64,000 bases of DNA, taken from Blasia pusilla. Its lineage: Eukaryota. The translations under genes and the position numbers were made by a program. Location: NCBI GenBank assembly GCA_050084515.1, contig CM114271.1, forward strand, positions 7,440,001 through 7,504,000. Direction: 5' to 3'. Below, piece after piece: positions 26,898 through 40,014 of this stretch. Positions within the stretch are counted from its first letter, which is position 1, and each line of letters starts with the position of its first letter. The notes under the pieces are model-generated. The model had not been told where the DNA came from and searched no databases. It saw only the letters and a program-made list of their open reading frames with translations.

Positions 26898-27745
26898 ATA
26901 TCCGTGGAACCTTGATTATAATATAGATATACTAGGGGATGATATTCAAATTGTAAAATGCTTCTAAACTAAGTCCTTATTTCCCTTATTGTCTCCCTTT
27001 AATCGTCAATGAACTCCCTCTCTTAAAATAACATGTATCAACACCATAAGAACCCTTAGAGGAGGGTTTCCTCTAACCCAATCCTCTTTTAACTAAATAG
27101 ATAAGTCAGCGCACAATTGCAAGGATTTATATGTATTAATAGGCTAGATTTTCTTGCTCAGGAAACCGCACCATGAGAGTGAAGAAAAGTTTGTGCAAAA
27201 CATCAAATTCCTTTATTACAAACCGTTTGCAAATTGTGAAGAAAAATTATGCAGTTTGCTCTCTACAAGCCAATTTCGACGGGTTCTTTCATTCATTTCA
27301 TCAATTTTGGCAGATTTCACGTCGATTTCTGTGTAGGAGTGGTCTGTGCTTCAATTGGAGCAGTAGAGAGCCTGAAATTACTTTTTTGTGAGTGAAATAT
27401 ATCGTCCGTCATGGAGTATTCCTCAGTAGCAATCACAGGGAAGAAGCTAGATAAGCAAACTTACAATGTCTGGAAGTTTTGCATGAAATAATTTCTCATG
27501 GGTCAAGAACTATGGGAGCTTGTTACAAGTGATGAGGCCAAGCCAGAAGATGACTCAACAGACTTGAATGTTCGCGTCTGGAACAAACGCGCAAGACAAG
27601 TAATCCGCTACATTTCAATAACGATCAGTTCGCTAATGATAGGTCACATTCAAGATGTTGATATTCCAAAGGAGATCTAAGATGGATTGGAAAAGCTGTT
27701 CCAGACATCTACAAAGGCCAGAAAGCTTCAATTGAAACAATAATT

Positions 27746-28382
27746 TGTCACGATTGTTAGGATAGATCGGTGGGATCTAGAAGAGCATCTTCACGAGTAG
27801 TGGAGATTAGGCCCAAGAGGTTGAGAATGACTTGTTGAGGCCACGGGAAACCTGAGAGAACAGGTTTCCCCTTTGTTTTGGCTCATTTGGAGCCATATAG
27901 AGAAACTTACTATTTCGAGTAAGTTTCCATATTGGGGATAGTTGAATTTCCACTTTGGGAAGTGGCCCTTGATCCACTACATCAAGAGCCAAGGAGGTGA
28001 TCTGCGAGCATAGGTTACCGTTGAGAGGGCTTGAGAGAGGGAAGGGGGTATACCTCCAAGAGAGGGAGCTTCAGAGCTCATTCTCTCTTTGTTGAACCTC
28101 TTGGCATAAGGCGGCGGAGCTATGGTCCCTTGCCTTGTGAGTGTAACCCAAGCCTCTCATTAGGAGAATGGGTTTGTTTGACATGAGAGAGAGTGCACAC
28201 CTTTGAGAGCTATGGTATGAGATGGTGTAGAGAGAGAGATTGGATCTTACTTTAATTGGAGATATTTTGGTACTTCTCGCCTCTATGTATGGATGACATG
28301 AGTTAGCATGGGATTGTGTGTGTTTGTGTGTGTGTTTGATGACAGCGATGTATGTTGTGTAGCAATGTGTATGCGCACGACA
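27746..28382 (+). mobile_element. Probable solo LTR (or deletion derivative) of the DNMT-Gypsy family, inside Copia gag
   Basis: TGTCACG...GCACGACA ends with AATT on both sides. The 5' part matches the start of copy C and the 3' end matches the end of copy B. Confidence 0.75.
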
Positions 28383-31300
28383 AATTGAACGAAGTGAGGA
28401 AAGGATCGTAGAGCATCAATGATTATATTTTGAGTATCAAACATATTGTTGATCAGTTTAATAGCATTGGAGTGACAGTAGAAGATGATGATCTAATTTT
28501 TTTCACTCTTCAAGGCCTTCCAAAGGATTGTAAGTCCTTTGAGACTTCTATCTTTGTGAGAGAGAAGTATCCAACCTTTCAAGAGTTAGTCCCTTTGTTA
28601 ATTAGTGAAGAGATGCGCCTAGTAGGCAGCGGTAGCTCGTATAGTCTGCATGAGAGTGCGCTATTTGCAGGTTATGGATCAAACAGAGGCAGGGATTGTG
28701 GCAAAAGCTTCCGTGGTCGTGGTGGATATCAATCATATGGAAGAAGAAGCACTCAATATAACGTCACTCAATCAACTACAAACCAATACCAAACACAATC
28801 ACAAGATGGTGATAGTGGAAACCGATGGGGTTGAGGTCAGCAGCATAGGGTCCCTAGATCTTGCAATTACTATGGGATAAAGGGTCATTATGCAAAGTTT
28901 TGTTTCAAGAAGAAGGCAGATATGAGAATAGGAGCCTTACAGCAACAAAACTATGTGGAGCAACAACACAAAGAGCAGTACCAAGAACAAAAACATTCAT
29001 AAACGGAGCATCTCTTGGTCATTACTCATCATATGGGAGCAACCATCAAGAAAGACTCGACAATAGATTGGTACATTGACTTTGGTGCATCAAATCACAT
29101 GACCTCACAAGCTAAATGGTTGAGTTGTTTGGACCCGGTGAAAGATCTTGCAATTGTGCTCACAGGAGATGACACTCAACATCATATCACGCATACCGAT
29201 AAAGTTCCAATAGCATCAGATGGTCTTTGTGCTCTTGGAAATATTCTCTATGTTCCTTCCATTGTAAGAAACATGATCTCTGTAGGATAGATAGTAAAAT
29301 AGGGTTATCAAGTGAAGTTTAACGCAGATGGTTGTTTCATTGATACAATGGATGACCAGACTACGATAGCCAAAGGAACTAGATCTGGAAGAATGTTCAA
29401 ATTAGATGTTTCTAAGCCAGAGATTCAAACAACAATGTATGGTCAAAGCGACCAACAAGTCCTAGATCTAAATGTGTGGCATAAAAGAATTGGACATATG
29501 AATCTTCAAAGATTATAGAGTCTTTCATCATCTAATATAGTAATACGACCTCCTAAATTAGTGAGTCCTGCTACGTTAGAGGTATGTCCTGCTTGCCAAT
29601 TTGGAAAACAAGCTAGATTTTCTTTTCCTAAGCAAGATAGAAGAGCATCCAGGATATTGGAGTTGATCCACAATGATGTGTGGACAGCATCATGACATAG
29701 CCTTAGTGGTTACCAGTACTTTGTTTCATTTATTGATGACTTCTCTAGGTATATATGGGTATACTTTCTGAAAGCCAAGTCAGAGGTATTCTCCGTGTCC
29801 CAAACATTCAAAGTTCTAGTAGAGACGCACACTAGAGAACACATTTTGAAATTGCGTTGTGATGGAGGAGGAGAGTATCTTTCAACAGAGTTTATTGACT
29901 ATTTACGTCAGAATGGCATCCAACATCAAGTGACTTGCCGTTACATTGCACAAAAAAATCAGTGGCTGAGAGGAAGAATCGACATATTGCTAAAGCGGCA
30001 TGAGCTATGCTGAATGAGAAGAACGTGCATTAGGTGTATGGGGCAGAGGCTGTAGCACGCGCAGTCTTCTTAATCAACCGAACTCCAACAGCAAAAGTTC
30101 ATGATAAAACTCCATTTGAATATTTCATAGGAAGTAAACTTGATTTTTCCTTCTTGAAAGTATTTGGTTGTATTTGTTATGCTGATGTTCCTTCTGAGAG
30201 ACGTCATAAATTAGACCCCAAGTCTGAAAGATGTATCTTTATTGGCTATGCTGATGGAACTAAGGGGTATAAGTACTACATTCCATTCTCTAAGCATCTT
30301 ATTATTAGTCGGGATGTTGTCTTTGATGAACTAAAGTCATAGTATGCTCCATCTGAGCCTATTCCACCCCTAAACTTGTCTGTTGAGGGGGAGAATATGA
30401 TTGTAAACCAACAGACATTGTCTTCAACTTCCCCAAGTACTAGTGCAGGATTAGGAGAGGTCCTAGATTCATCAGTTACATCTGTGAGTCCATGGACGGG
30501 AAGAGTACGTATTCAATCTGTTGACACTAGTCAAAGCTCGAGTTAGGTGTCAGAGGCATCTACCTCTGAACAACAACTTCTTAGATCAAGTAGAATTACA
30601 CATCCAGTTCATAGATTCATAAATGAAGGTTTCCTTGTGACACATCATGCATATATGATGACTACCCTTCAAGAACAGGAGCCGAGTTATTTTGAAGAAG
30701 TTGTAAGCAAAGTCGAATGGATTGAAGCTATGGAGGAAGAGCTCCACAGACATGGGAGCTGGTTGATATACCTTTTGGTAAGGAAATCTATTGGTTGCAA
30801 ATGGGTTTATAAAATCAAGCGTAATCAAGATGGTAAAATTAACAGATACAAAGCAAGATTGGTGGCTTAGGGCTTTGCACAAATATATGGCATCGATTAT
30901 GAGGAAACATTTAGCCTTGTTGCAAAGATGGCGACTACAAGAACAGTGGTTGCAATTGTAGTAAGTAAGAAGTGGAGATTACATCACATGGACGTCAAGA
31001 ATGCCTTCTTGAATGGAGGTCTATATGAGGAGATATATATAACTCAACCACCTAGATACGAGCATCCTAAGTTTCCATTTTGAGTATGCAGGTTGAAGAA
31101 AGCTCTATACGGGCTCAAACAAGCTCCAAGAGCTTGGTATGGCAAGATTACATACGTCCTACAAGAGTTGGGTTTTAGGGTATGTGATTCTGACTCCTCG
31201 TTATATATCTTGAGAGGACAAGATCATACGGTTCTCATTGTGTTGTATGTTGACGATCTCCTGATTATTGGGAGTATTGAAGAAATAGTACAACAAGTCA

Positions 31301-32129
31301 AGCTTAAGTTACAAGCAGAAATTGATATGAAGGACTTGGGAGAACTCCAGTACTTCTTTGGTATTGAGTTTATCAAGATTGGAGAAAACATGTGGTTACT
31401 ACAACGATAATATGCTCTTCATATGCTTTCAAAATATGGTATGACGGCTTGTAAGCGAATCTCTATACCGTTGGACCAGAGTGTGAAGCTAAGAGTGGAT
31501 GCAGGACAATTGCTTGCAGATTTTAATATGTACAAGCGCATGGTTGGAAGTTTGATCTATCTAACTATAACTAGACCAAATTCGAGCTATGTTGTCGGCC
31601 TAGTGAACCACTTTATGCAAGCATCTCGTCCGAGTTTTCAATTAAAGGGATTCACAGATGTTGATTGGGCAAGAAGCGTGTCTAATCGACACTCCACATC
31701 TGGTTATTCATTTACTTTGGGAAGCGTAGCTATAAGTTGGGCTTCAAAGAAGCAACAATCTATATTTGCTTTATCTTCAATAGAAGCTGAGTACAAAGGA
31801 GCAACCAATGCAGCATGTGAGGCAGTGTGGCTTCATCGATTACTTGTTGAGATTGGTGTTAATAACTAGGGACCTAGTATAATATATGCAGAAAATACTA
31901 GTAGCATCAAGCTTACTAATAACCTTGTGTTTCATGCTCGTACAAAGTATATTGAGGTGCACTATCATTTTATCAGAGAGAAAGTGCTCGCAAGAAAATT
32001 TGATTTTGTGTATATAGGTACAGATCAACAAATTGCTGACATCTTTACAAAGGCATTGTCTAGAGATAAGTTTGAGATGTTTAGAAATGATTTAGACGTT
32101 AGAGATATCGATATGAGCTTGAGGGGGAT

Positions 32130-32437
32130 TATTGAAGATTGAGTTATAGTCAAGCTCATGAGACACCTGAACTGCTACATTTGGTACTCACACAAAGTAG
32201 GGAAGCTTAATCTTGGTTAGTCAGTTAAGCGCGATCATCTTAACTAGGGTTAGTTAATCATAGTTAGTCTAACTCGAGACTATGGTTAAGGTTAGGGTTG
32301 CTTGTACATACCCTATATAATTGAGAAGGGGATCAACCTCCACTCATTCTGTCATTGCAAATTTTGTTCTCTATGGTGGTGTGTGAGTGTGAGAGCCATT
32401 TCCCACCAGTTATGCTTCTTTAGCAGTTTTTCCCACA
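32130..32437 (+). repeat. Copia 3' LTR (~310 bp)
   Basis: Follows the PPT and matches 54569-54879. Confidence 0.9.
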
Positions 32438-34869
32438 CGATTTTGACGGGTTTCATTTGTTTTATGAGCTTTTTGTTTTTTACAGACTCTGGCTAGATCT
32501 TATGGTTAGTTTTATTGTCTTATAATTTTTCAAATGCTGACGGTTTGCAAGATAAAAAAAAATTAAGACAAGACAAGCCTTGAAACCTATTAGATTCCGA
32601 CAAGTTGCATGTTTGAATGGATGGAATCTGGCTATTTTCTAGCATATGGATGCTTCATTTTTCTATATCATGTCTTGCAAGATGTCGTATTTCTCACAGG
32701 TTGCATGTCTGAATGGAATCTAAGATTTTCTTGCATTTCTCTACTTTGTCATATTTGAGTAGCCGATAGGCCGAGATCTATCGTGGATAGGGCGTGGGAG
32801 CCACTGGACTATCTTGAGTGTTACTTTGTCCCATGGTGTCGGATGAGGTTGAGGATAGGTCCATTGTGTCAAAAACGTCATTTTTGACAACTTTCTTGTT
32901 GAGGTCTTTCATAGCCGGGTGACTTGTTGACCAGGTCACCCACCCCTGGTAACTTGTGCGCACAGGTTACCAGGAGAAAAGCGATTTTTAGGGGAAGAGC
33001 CTTTTGGATCTTTCCAACCCTATATAAGGGAGGAAGATGGCTTTCCCAAGCCATCTATCCGTGAGAAAACAAAAAGTGACGAAATCACTGAAATCTTTAC
33101 AAAACTTAGAGATCCGTGCATCTAGTCCGTCTGTGTACGCTCACAGAAGAGCTTCGATGGAACCTAAACTAGAGATAACTCGACTGGGTGTGCCCTTTTA
33201 ACTACTCTTTATTTTTACATGAGAAAGATGTCAGGGGGCTGGTGGGAATGCATTGTTTGCAGGTAGGCAAGCGAGTTGCCTCGGTGGGGAGCTGTGGAGA
33301 TGCCGATTGACATTTTTTTGTTGGTCATTTTGTGTTCAGAAGGCCGTGCACGGAAGCACTGTCCATTTTTTGCAGATTTCTTTGGTGCACATTGACGCAA
33401 GACAGAAGCCGCATATAGCATGCGGTGTGGCATTGAGTGTACGCAAGCGGGTGTGTCGAGAAAGAGCAAGAAGAAGTTGCAGTCACCTTGAGGAGGTCGG
33501 CTAGGCCAGGTTAGGTTGTAGCCTCCTAGGGCATGTTTTAGGTCATTGTAGAGTTGCCGGGACCGGGAGTGAGGGTCGTCGGGAGGGCGGTGAGCACGGC
33601 CGCAAAACCACCCCCCCTGCAGTTTGGGAGGCGCCCCCCCCCCCCAACACTTGGGAGGCGTGCATAGGGTCGCTCGTCCCCCTTCTCTACACACGTGCAT
33701 AGGGATGTGGGCCAAGGGCCTGACGACCCCTCCCCCCCGCCCCACTTTTTGCGGACGTGGTCGGCGCCAACTTCGGGAGCGCCGTGGTTGGCGCCTCTCA
33801 CCCAATGTGGTAGCAGGATAGGGTGTACATCGTAGCGGTGAAGGAGACGTGGTAGCAGGGAAGGAGACGTAGTAGCGGTGCGGGCAACGTGGTAGACGGG
33901 CTGACATGGTTGAGTTCAGACAGAGTGGAGTAAGGTTACATGGCACGTTTGGGGATGGACGGAGAGGTGTGCGCGACGTGATGTTTTTCGGGCATGGTTG
34001 GGATTTGTGAGAGTTGCGATGGAGACATACACGTTGATGCTCACGGGAGGTTTGACGTGTGTGCGAGGAGATGGTTGTGCTACGGAGGTTGTCATGCCAC
34101 ACGTATGGAGTGGATGTTGACGGTGTAGTAGGTTGGTGGGCGTGATCAAGTTACCCATTCGAGTCCCTTTTCTCGCACTTATCTTCTGTGATTGAGAGTG
34201 CTAGGTATCGGGTGGTAGTTGGTGCTAGATGGATGCAGTGATGGTGACGAGTGTAGACTCTTTTCATGTGTAGCATGTTGGTCGATATACGGCGGTTGCC
34301 GAGTAGGGGTCGCATGTATGACCTGAGCGTGTCGATAGGTTAGGTGAGTTAGTAGGAGGCTCATGGTGAGCCTCAGTGTTTAGTGTGCGTGAGGTTGGGT
34401 GTGTCATCACGAGATTGATGTTAGCATAGGTGAGCTAGTGAGGAGTGTGGGAGACTCTTGGTGAGTCTGAGTGCTTGAGCGGGTGAGATAGGTCATCACG
34501 GTGTTCTTCCACGGTTCAAAAGAACAGGGTAGTGCGAGCAGTAGTAGTGGTGTGACACATAGTGGACTGAGATACCGAGGGGTTATGAGTGAGGAGCTAC
34601 CTCGACATCCATTCGTGGCTAGATCGTCATCACTAGACATTGGGTTTGGTGATGAGATTGCAGACACAGGCAGTATCACTTGGCACGAGATGGACGACAT
34701 GGGCCATCGGGGCATACGTCATTTCTCAGGGTGGGCACCATTGAATTAGATGATTTTATCCAGGATTTCGACAAGTGGTGCGACTTCCAAGAGATACAGA
34801 CCCCGACACGGTTCAACCCTTTCATGGCATGGAAAGGGTTGTTCTAGCACTTGGAGGGTCCTCCGATGG

Positions 34870-36126
34870 TGTGATACCCACAATTTTGTAATCTTGAAGA
34901 ATATATCTTTTTATTCAACGAAGACTCTTGTATAGTATGATTTTGATTATGATTATCTATTATTATGAAGAAGAATAAGTGAATCACCAAGCTCCCAAGA
35001 CAAGGCAGAGAGATGGAAGATCAAGGATTTGCCTTAGAGGAGAATCAAAAGCTGTAACGAAGTATAAAGGATCAACGTGAAGCTCAGCGAAGCTTAACAA
35101 AGTCTAACGAAGCTCAACTAAGCTCTATATACGAAGTACCTCGCTCTTGACCGAAGAGCGAAGCACGAAGAGCGAAGAGCGAAGCACGAAGAGCGAAGAG
35201 CGAAGCACGAAGAGCGAAGAGCGAAGCACGAAGAGCGAAGAGCGAAGCACAAAGACGAAGAAGAATGAAGAACTCCGTCCTGCGGAAATTTAGCGCAGCG
35301 AAGCTCCGCATGATTGTGATTCGAACCGACACATAGTTTAAACAATTAGACTAGGAAAGGGCGCGACCCTTTGTATCAAATTGGTAGTTAGAACAATTTT
35401 GTACCGCGGATTCACAGGGATCGTAGGAAAAGCTAAGAGAACCATAGATCTAGGTAGTTACAGATATTGAAGAGACACCAACTTCATCAAGAACGCTTCG
35501 CATCATAGAAACGCTCCTACTCTCGAGAATATTTAAGAAACAGGACAGAAGCTATCATTATCATTCGCTCATGACGTCCTTATGCTATAGGAATGGTCCG
35601 AGCAAGAGAGTTGTACCCTCTCGAGCTTGTATATACTTTAAAGTCTTCCAATTCTTGATGGAGTAGTAAAGCATTCATTCATTCATTCTGATGTGCGATG
35701 CTTATGTCTGAATACTCTTTTTGGGTCTGCCGAGTGAAGAGTGAATCAGGCGAACCTTTCTCATCAATGGAATAATCAACATAAAGTTGTATGAAATCTG
35801 TTTGACAGAGAGTAACCTGCCCCGACGGATTGAGTTCCGAAAGTAGGAGAAGCCAGTTTTATTGTTGAGGTCTCTGTGAGGTTCCGAGATGTCGAGAGAA
35901 CAAATTGCCTGAGCGTACTTTAAACTCCACTCGAGAGAATTGAAGAAGAAAACATAGGTACTAAAAAAGATCGGAAGATGTTACTGGAATACTACATTTG
36001 AATTACATAATCAATTACACTTTTACAACGTAATCATCACTTTATACTCTCTTTTCATCCAACAATGATCCTCTTGGGGATCGAACTCTACAATTGACTG
36101 TAAATCAAAAACACTTAGACATTACA
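34870..36126 (+). mobile_element. Solo LTR (~1.26 kb) related to the Athila-like family, inside copy B gag
   Basis: TGTGATACC...ATTACA ends, TSD GATGG/TATGG; the gag peptide LEGPPM/DDY rejoins across it. Confidence 0.88.
35153..35250 (+). repeat. 21-bp minisatellite (GAAGAGCGAAGAGCGAAGCAC) x ~4.7 inside the LTR
   Basis: Perfect tandem copies visible directly. Confidence 0.95.
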
Positions 36127-38664
36127 TATGGATGACTATATGGAGATTCAATCATTATATTTAGTAGAGATCGATGCCTGGAGGATGTATTAGGCTCTAG
36201 GGTATGTGTCCTCTAGTGGTCGCGAGGCATATGATGGGATCGTGAGAGGAGAGAGACCCACACCATCAACCCGGAGACTAGATGGAGAGGAGGGCAGTGA
36301 GATAGGTGATGTGGCAGAGACCTCTAGTGGTAGAAGGCCACCCAGCTTCAATCCCATAGTGGAGTTCTTCCAACAGTTGGGGAAGAGCTACCAGGGCGTA
36401 TGCACCAACAAGTTGAAGCGTCTATAAGATTTTCAGCGACGATCGGGTGAGAGTCTGAGAGAGACATTCACACGCATGAGGAGGCTGATCATTGCTACGT
36501 ACGAAGTGATTGAGGCGTAGTGAGTCTATTATTGGTATAGGGTTCTGGATTGAGAACTATGGAGGAGAGTCTGAGAGGCGGTGCTGATTCACACAGCGAA
36601 GCCCACATTGAAGGTGGTCTTTGAGTTTTCTGAGCGTATTGAGCTCAACATGAGTGAGGAGCAGGTAGTAACCGCCGGATTTTCTCGAGAGTCGACGGGT
36701 CCACGAGCGACGGTGACCCCACAGGTGCCACAGCGAGCACTAGTACCACGGGAGCAAGCCAGTGTCCCCAGAGAGTAGGCCCCGTACCGTGAGCCTATGA
36801 GGCAATGACCCGCACCTACATATGTTGCCCAACAGGGACCGATGTTGTCTTGTTGGACATGTGGAGGGGCCCATAGGCAAAGAGACTACACACAACATGG
36901 GAGAGGACCACGAGCGCTTATGATTGCGCAGGAGTCATAGAGGATGGCCCCACCAGAGTACCAATGTGATTATTGCCACTAATATGGTCACACTAGGGAT
37001 AGATGTTTTAACCTTCGTCCAAAGGCACGTCCAGAGGTAGGCTGAGGGCTTGGGGGCGGTCATCTTGGAGGAGGTCGGGGAGTTCTTCCTGGACGTGGTG
37101 GTAGAGGACCACCACCAGCCAGAGGAGATGGAGCAGGAGCACCAAAGCCGGCACTTCTTTCAAGCATCAATCAGTTGGACCAGAGGATTGCAACCATGAC
37201 GATGATGCAGCTCAAGGAAGGTAGGGAGCTACGAGCAGCTAGTGTGGCTCCAACTTCTACCTCTTACCCTCACCTGGGTGAGGATCTTGCTAGTATGGGG
37301 TTTATGTGTAGTGCAGCTCAGGTTGAGGTAGCTGCAGTGGTGACTCAAGGTGCTACGAGAGGCACCAAGCCATCGAGAGGTGGAGTTGAGATTTACCCAC
37401 CAGAGGGGACCGATGGGCGGCAGGCCAGGGTTCCACAGTCATTCACATTGTCGGAGGCATTACACACACCATCGATGGTGCCTTGACGACCAGCAGTGCC
37501 TACAGCTCAGTCAGGTACGTTGACGTCACAATAAGTTGGAGTGACAACTCCTATGCCGGCTTGAGTGGAGTCAGTGTCCACCATAGTGTTGGAGGTGGGC
37601 ACCAGAGTGAGTTAGACTCCGCTATTTTCCGCCATAGAGTTGGCGCCGTTGGGAGTTGGACCAGTTGAGGTGTTCCGGCTAGCCGCCACATTGTGCGAGC
37701 GTAGAGAGGTGACTGCTTCTTGTTCAAAGGTAGTTGAGGAGGTGGTGGATCGGACTTGCCCTTAGAGCCGGTGCTCGGGACATCCCCATAGAGTCATGGC
37801 ATGCGGCGGTGGCGAAGTTGGTAGATATGCCGGCTCAACCAGCCATAGAGCGAGCAGTGGTGACACTTGGAGTAGTGTTACTGGATAATCGAGCTGGAGT
37901 ATTTCGCTTGGTTAGTCCGACGGGGATAGTTTACCACCGGCAGCGTATCCTACTTCATTCGAGAGGGCAACCCTTGATGTTAGGGAAGGCGGCGTGTTTA
38001 GTGTTGGGGTTACGGAAGGCCAACATTGAGACTTGTCCCTTCCAGATACAGACCTCGATTGGGAGCGTGTCACCCACACAGTATATGACTCGACAGGAGA
38101 TAGTTGTCAGAGTCCAACCAGAGCATGCGACGGATAGTGCTATGGTGCGCACACGTGCGATTACAACACCAGTTGAGTCGTATGATGTGTTGATGGGGAG
38201 TATAGTGTTATCTTCCCTAGGATTCATCCTTGACTTCTAGGAGTGACCGTTGCTTATTGGCTAGGGTGGCGGTTAGTTGACGGGCAGATGAGTCAGTTAC
38301 CCATGCAGTTTGCGAGACAAGGTGGTTGAGTACGAGACGAGTCTGTGACCACGTTGGCAGCTTTTACAAGTAGTGTTAGTTGGCTAGGAGAGTTGTTGGA
38401 GGGGAACGCACATGCGGAGGATGTCCCAGTAACGGATAGTCCCACGGATAGACAGGCCATGGCGGATGTCTCTTCCCATGTTGGCAAGACCTCTTCACCA
38501 TTGTGGGGTACAACTCGAGAGCTATAGAGGATTGCCGACGACCTTGTCAGGCAAGCATGGAGTCATGCCTTTATCCCGAAGCAGCGAGAGTCAGGTGGCG
38601 ATCGGGTTCTTGGGTGGATACGTTCACCCCACTGGATACCACACCGATTGTGTGGCAGTGTCTA

Positions 38665-39645
38665 GAGGAGGGTGTTAGATCTCTTCAAAGGGATTAGCAC
38701 CGGATTGGATGCAATATTACAGGCTTGCATATGGGTGCATCAGTACCTTTATGTGGAGAGAGATGAGACCGTGCGGTGAGTATCATTGCGTCAAGTGGCG
38801 AGATTGCTCCAGAGGTATCCTGAGTTGTTTCCGGTATCTGCAGTACGTGGATATCATCATACACTACCCGCCAAAATCTCTTTGGTGGGGGCGCAGGATC
38901 TGGATAGAGTTGGCACCATTCATTTGGTGATTGTTGGATGGCCATGTCAAGGTCATTCATCAGCTGGCCGAGGATTTGGATTGCAGGATCTGAGGTGAAG
39001 GATGTTTTGGGAGATGCTACCAGTAGTACGGCACTTGCAGGAGAATCGGCATATTCTCCGGCATATATTTTGGAGAACTTTCCATTTTTGGGAGACACTC
39101 ATGCACGTGTGATGACGAGTGTGCATCAAGTGAGGTCTTGGTTGGGACCTACTCTGTTGCTAGATGCAGCGATAGTTGGATCACGCGCCCATCATCCATG
39201 ATTGTGGTGGACAAACCTGATACCATCAGAGGTATTGAGTCGAGTATACGATGGAGTCCAAAGAGCACCACATCTCACAATGGATGCTATTTTGGGCTCA
39301 GGACGTCAATCTCAAGTGGTGACGCAGGCTGATAAACCACCGTTGGCGATGGCCAATAGGGTGGGGGAGTTGAGGGTAGCCTTACCTACGTTCGTGAGCT
39401 TCCAAGCATCCCATGCCTTTTATCAAGGAGGTCCAGGCATGATTTGGGATGAGGTGACCCAAGCATTAGAGGAGCCTATAGCAGATGAGTGTGAGCGCGC
39501 TATGAGGTTTGCTACAGGTACTACAGCGGAGCCAAGTATGACTGAGGCATCCGAGAGACAGGTGTTGGGGCAGGTGATGGACCTCAACTGTCTCACATGG
39601 ATAGTCAACCTAGGTATGGCTAAGCAGAGATGGATGCGAGTGTAA
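38665..39645 (+). pseudogene. DNMT3-like C5 cytosine methyltransferase domain inside pol, copy B
   Basis: DLFKGIS (I), YVER (II), HLVIVGWPCQG (IV, catalytic Cys codon 38945-38947 intact), YILENF (VI), LDAAIVGSRAH..WWTNL (VIII), ECERAMRF (IX), RQVLGQ (X). Confidence 0.9.
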
Positions 39646-40014
39646 TCCATGCCGTCACGTCCACGAGTTGGACCATTGCCTACATGCTTTGTACATGCAT
39701 TGGCTAGGGGCGGGACGAGGAGAGATAGAGACCTGTGGACTTCTTGGGATGTCGTTCGAGTGGAGAGTGAGAAGGCTAGAGTAGCACATGTTCCTTTTTT
39801 GGATGTGGAGCATGGTGTAGGAGGTTAGAGTGGACTGGCTATTGTGCAGGTGGCTAGGGTTGCTACATAGCAACCAAAGCCGTAGGTTGCGTCATCTCCG
39901 AGTGAGGTCGCGATGGAGACTGGGGAGCCTATGATAGGTCTCAAGTTGATAGGAAGAGAACGACGGTGAGTTCATAGGTTTCTGAGAGGGCATATCAATT
40001 TTTTTGCCTTTAGT

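Larger units (their letters stand above)
19239..26914. mobile_element. hAT-like MITE (~330 bp) split by the chromovirus insertion
   Basis: CAAGGTT...AACCTTG termini, 8-bp flanks TTTATAAT/ATTATAAT, GGACATG repeats; related copy at 51916-52254. Confidence 0.6.
27230..32437 (+). mobile_element. Ty1/Copia element, copy 1 (decayed, 5' LTR missing)
   Basis: gag from ~27411, WYIDFGASNHMT protease, WHKRIGH and LRCDGGGEY integrase, LYVDDLL RT, HARTKYIEVHYHFIRE RNase H, PPT GAGGGGGAT, 3' LTR 32130-32437. Confidence 0.93.

Noticed and set aside
33215-34102. 295-aa antisense ORF in the copy B leader
   Set aside because: Low-complexity GC-rich translation, no recognisable domain and no counterpart in the copy C leader.
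35153-35250. Regular short repeats resembling a CRISPR array, with repetitive ORFs (ASLFALR)n
   Set aside because: No unique spacers; it is a perfect minisatellite inside an LTR and the ORFs are by-products.
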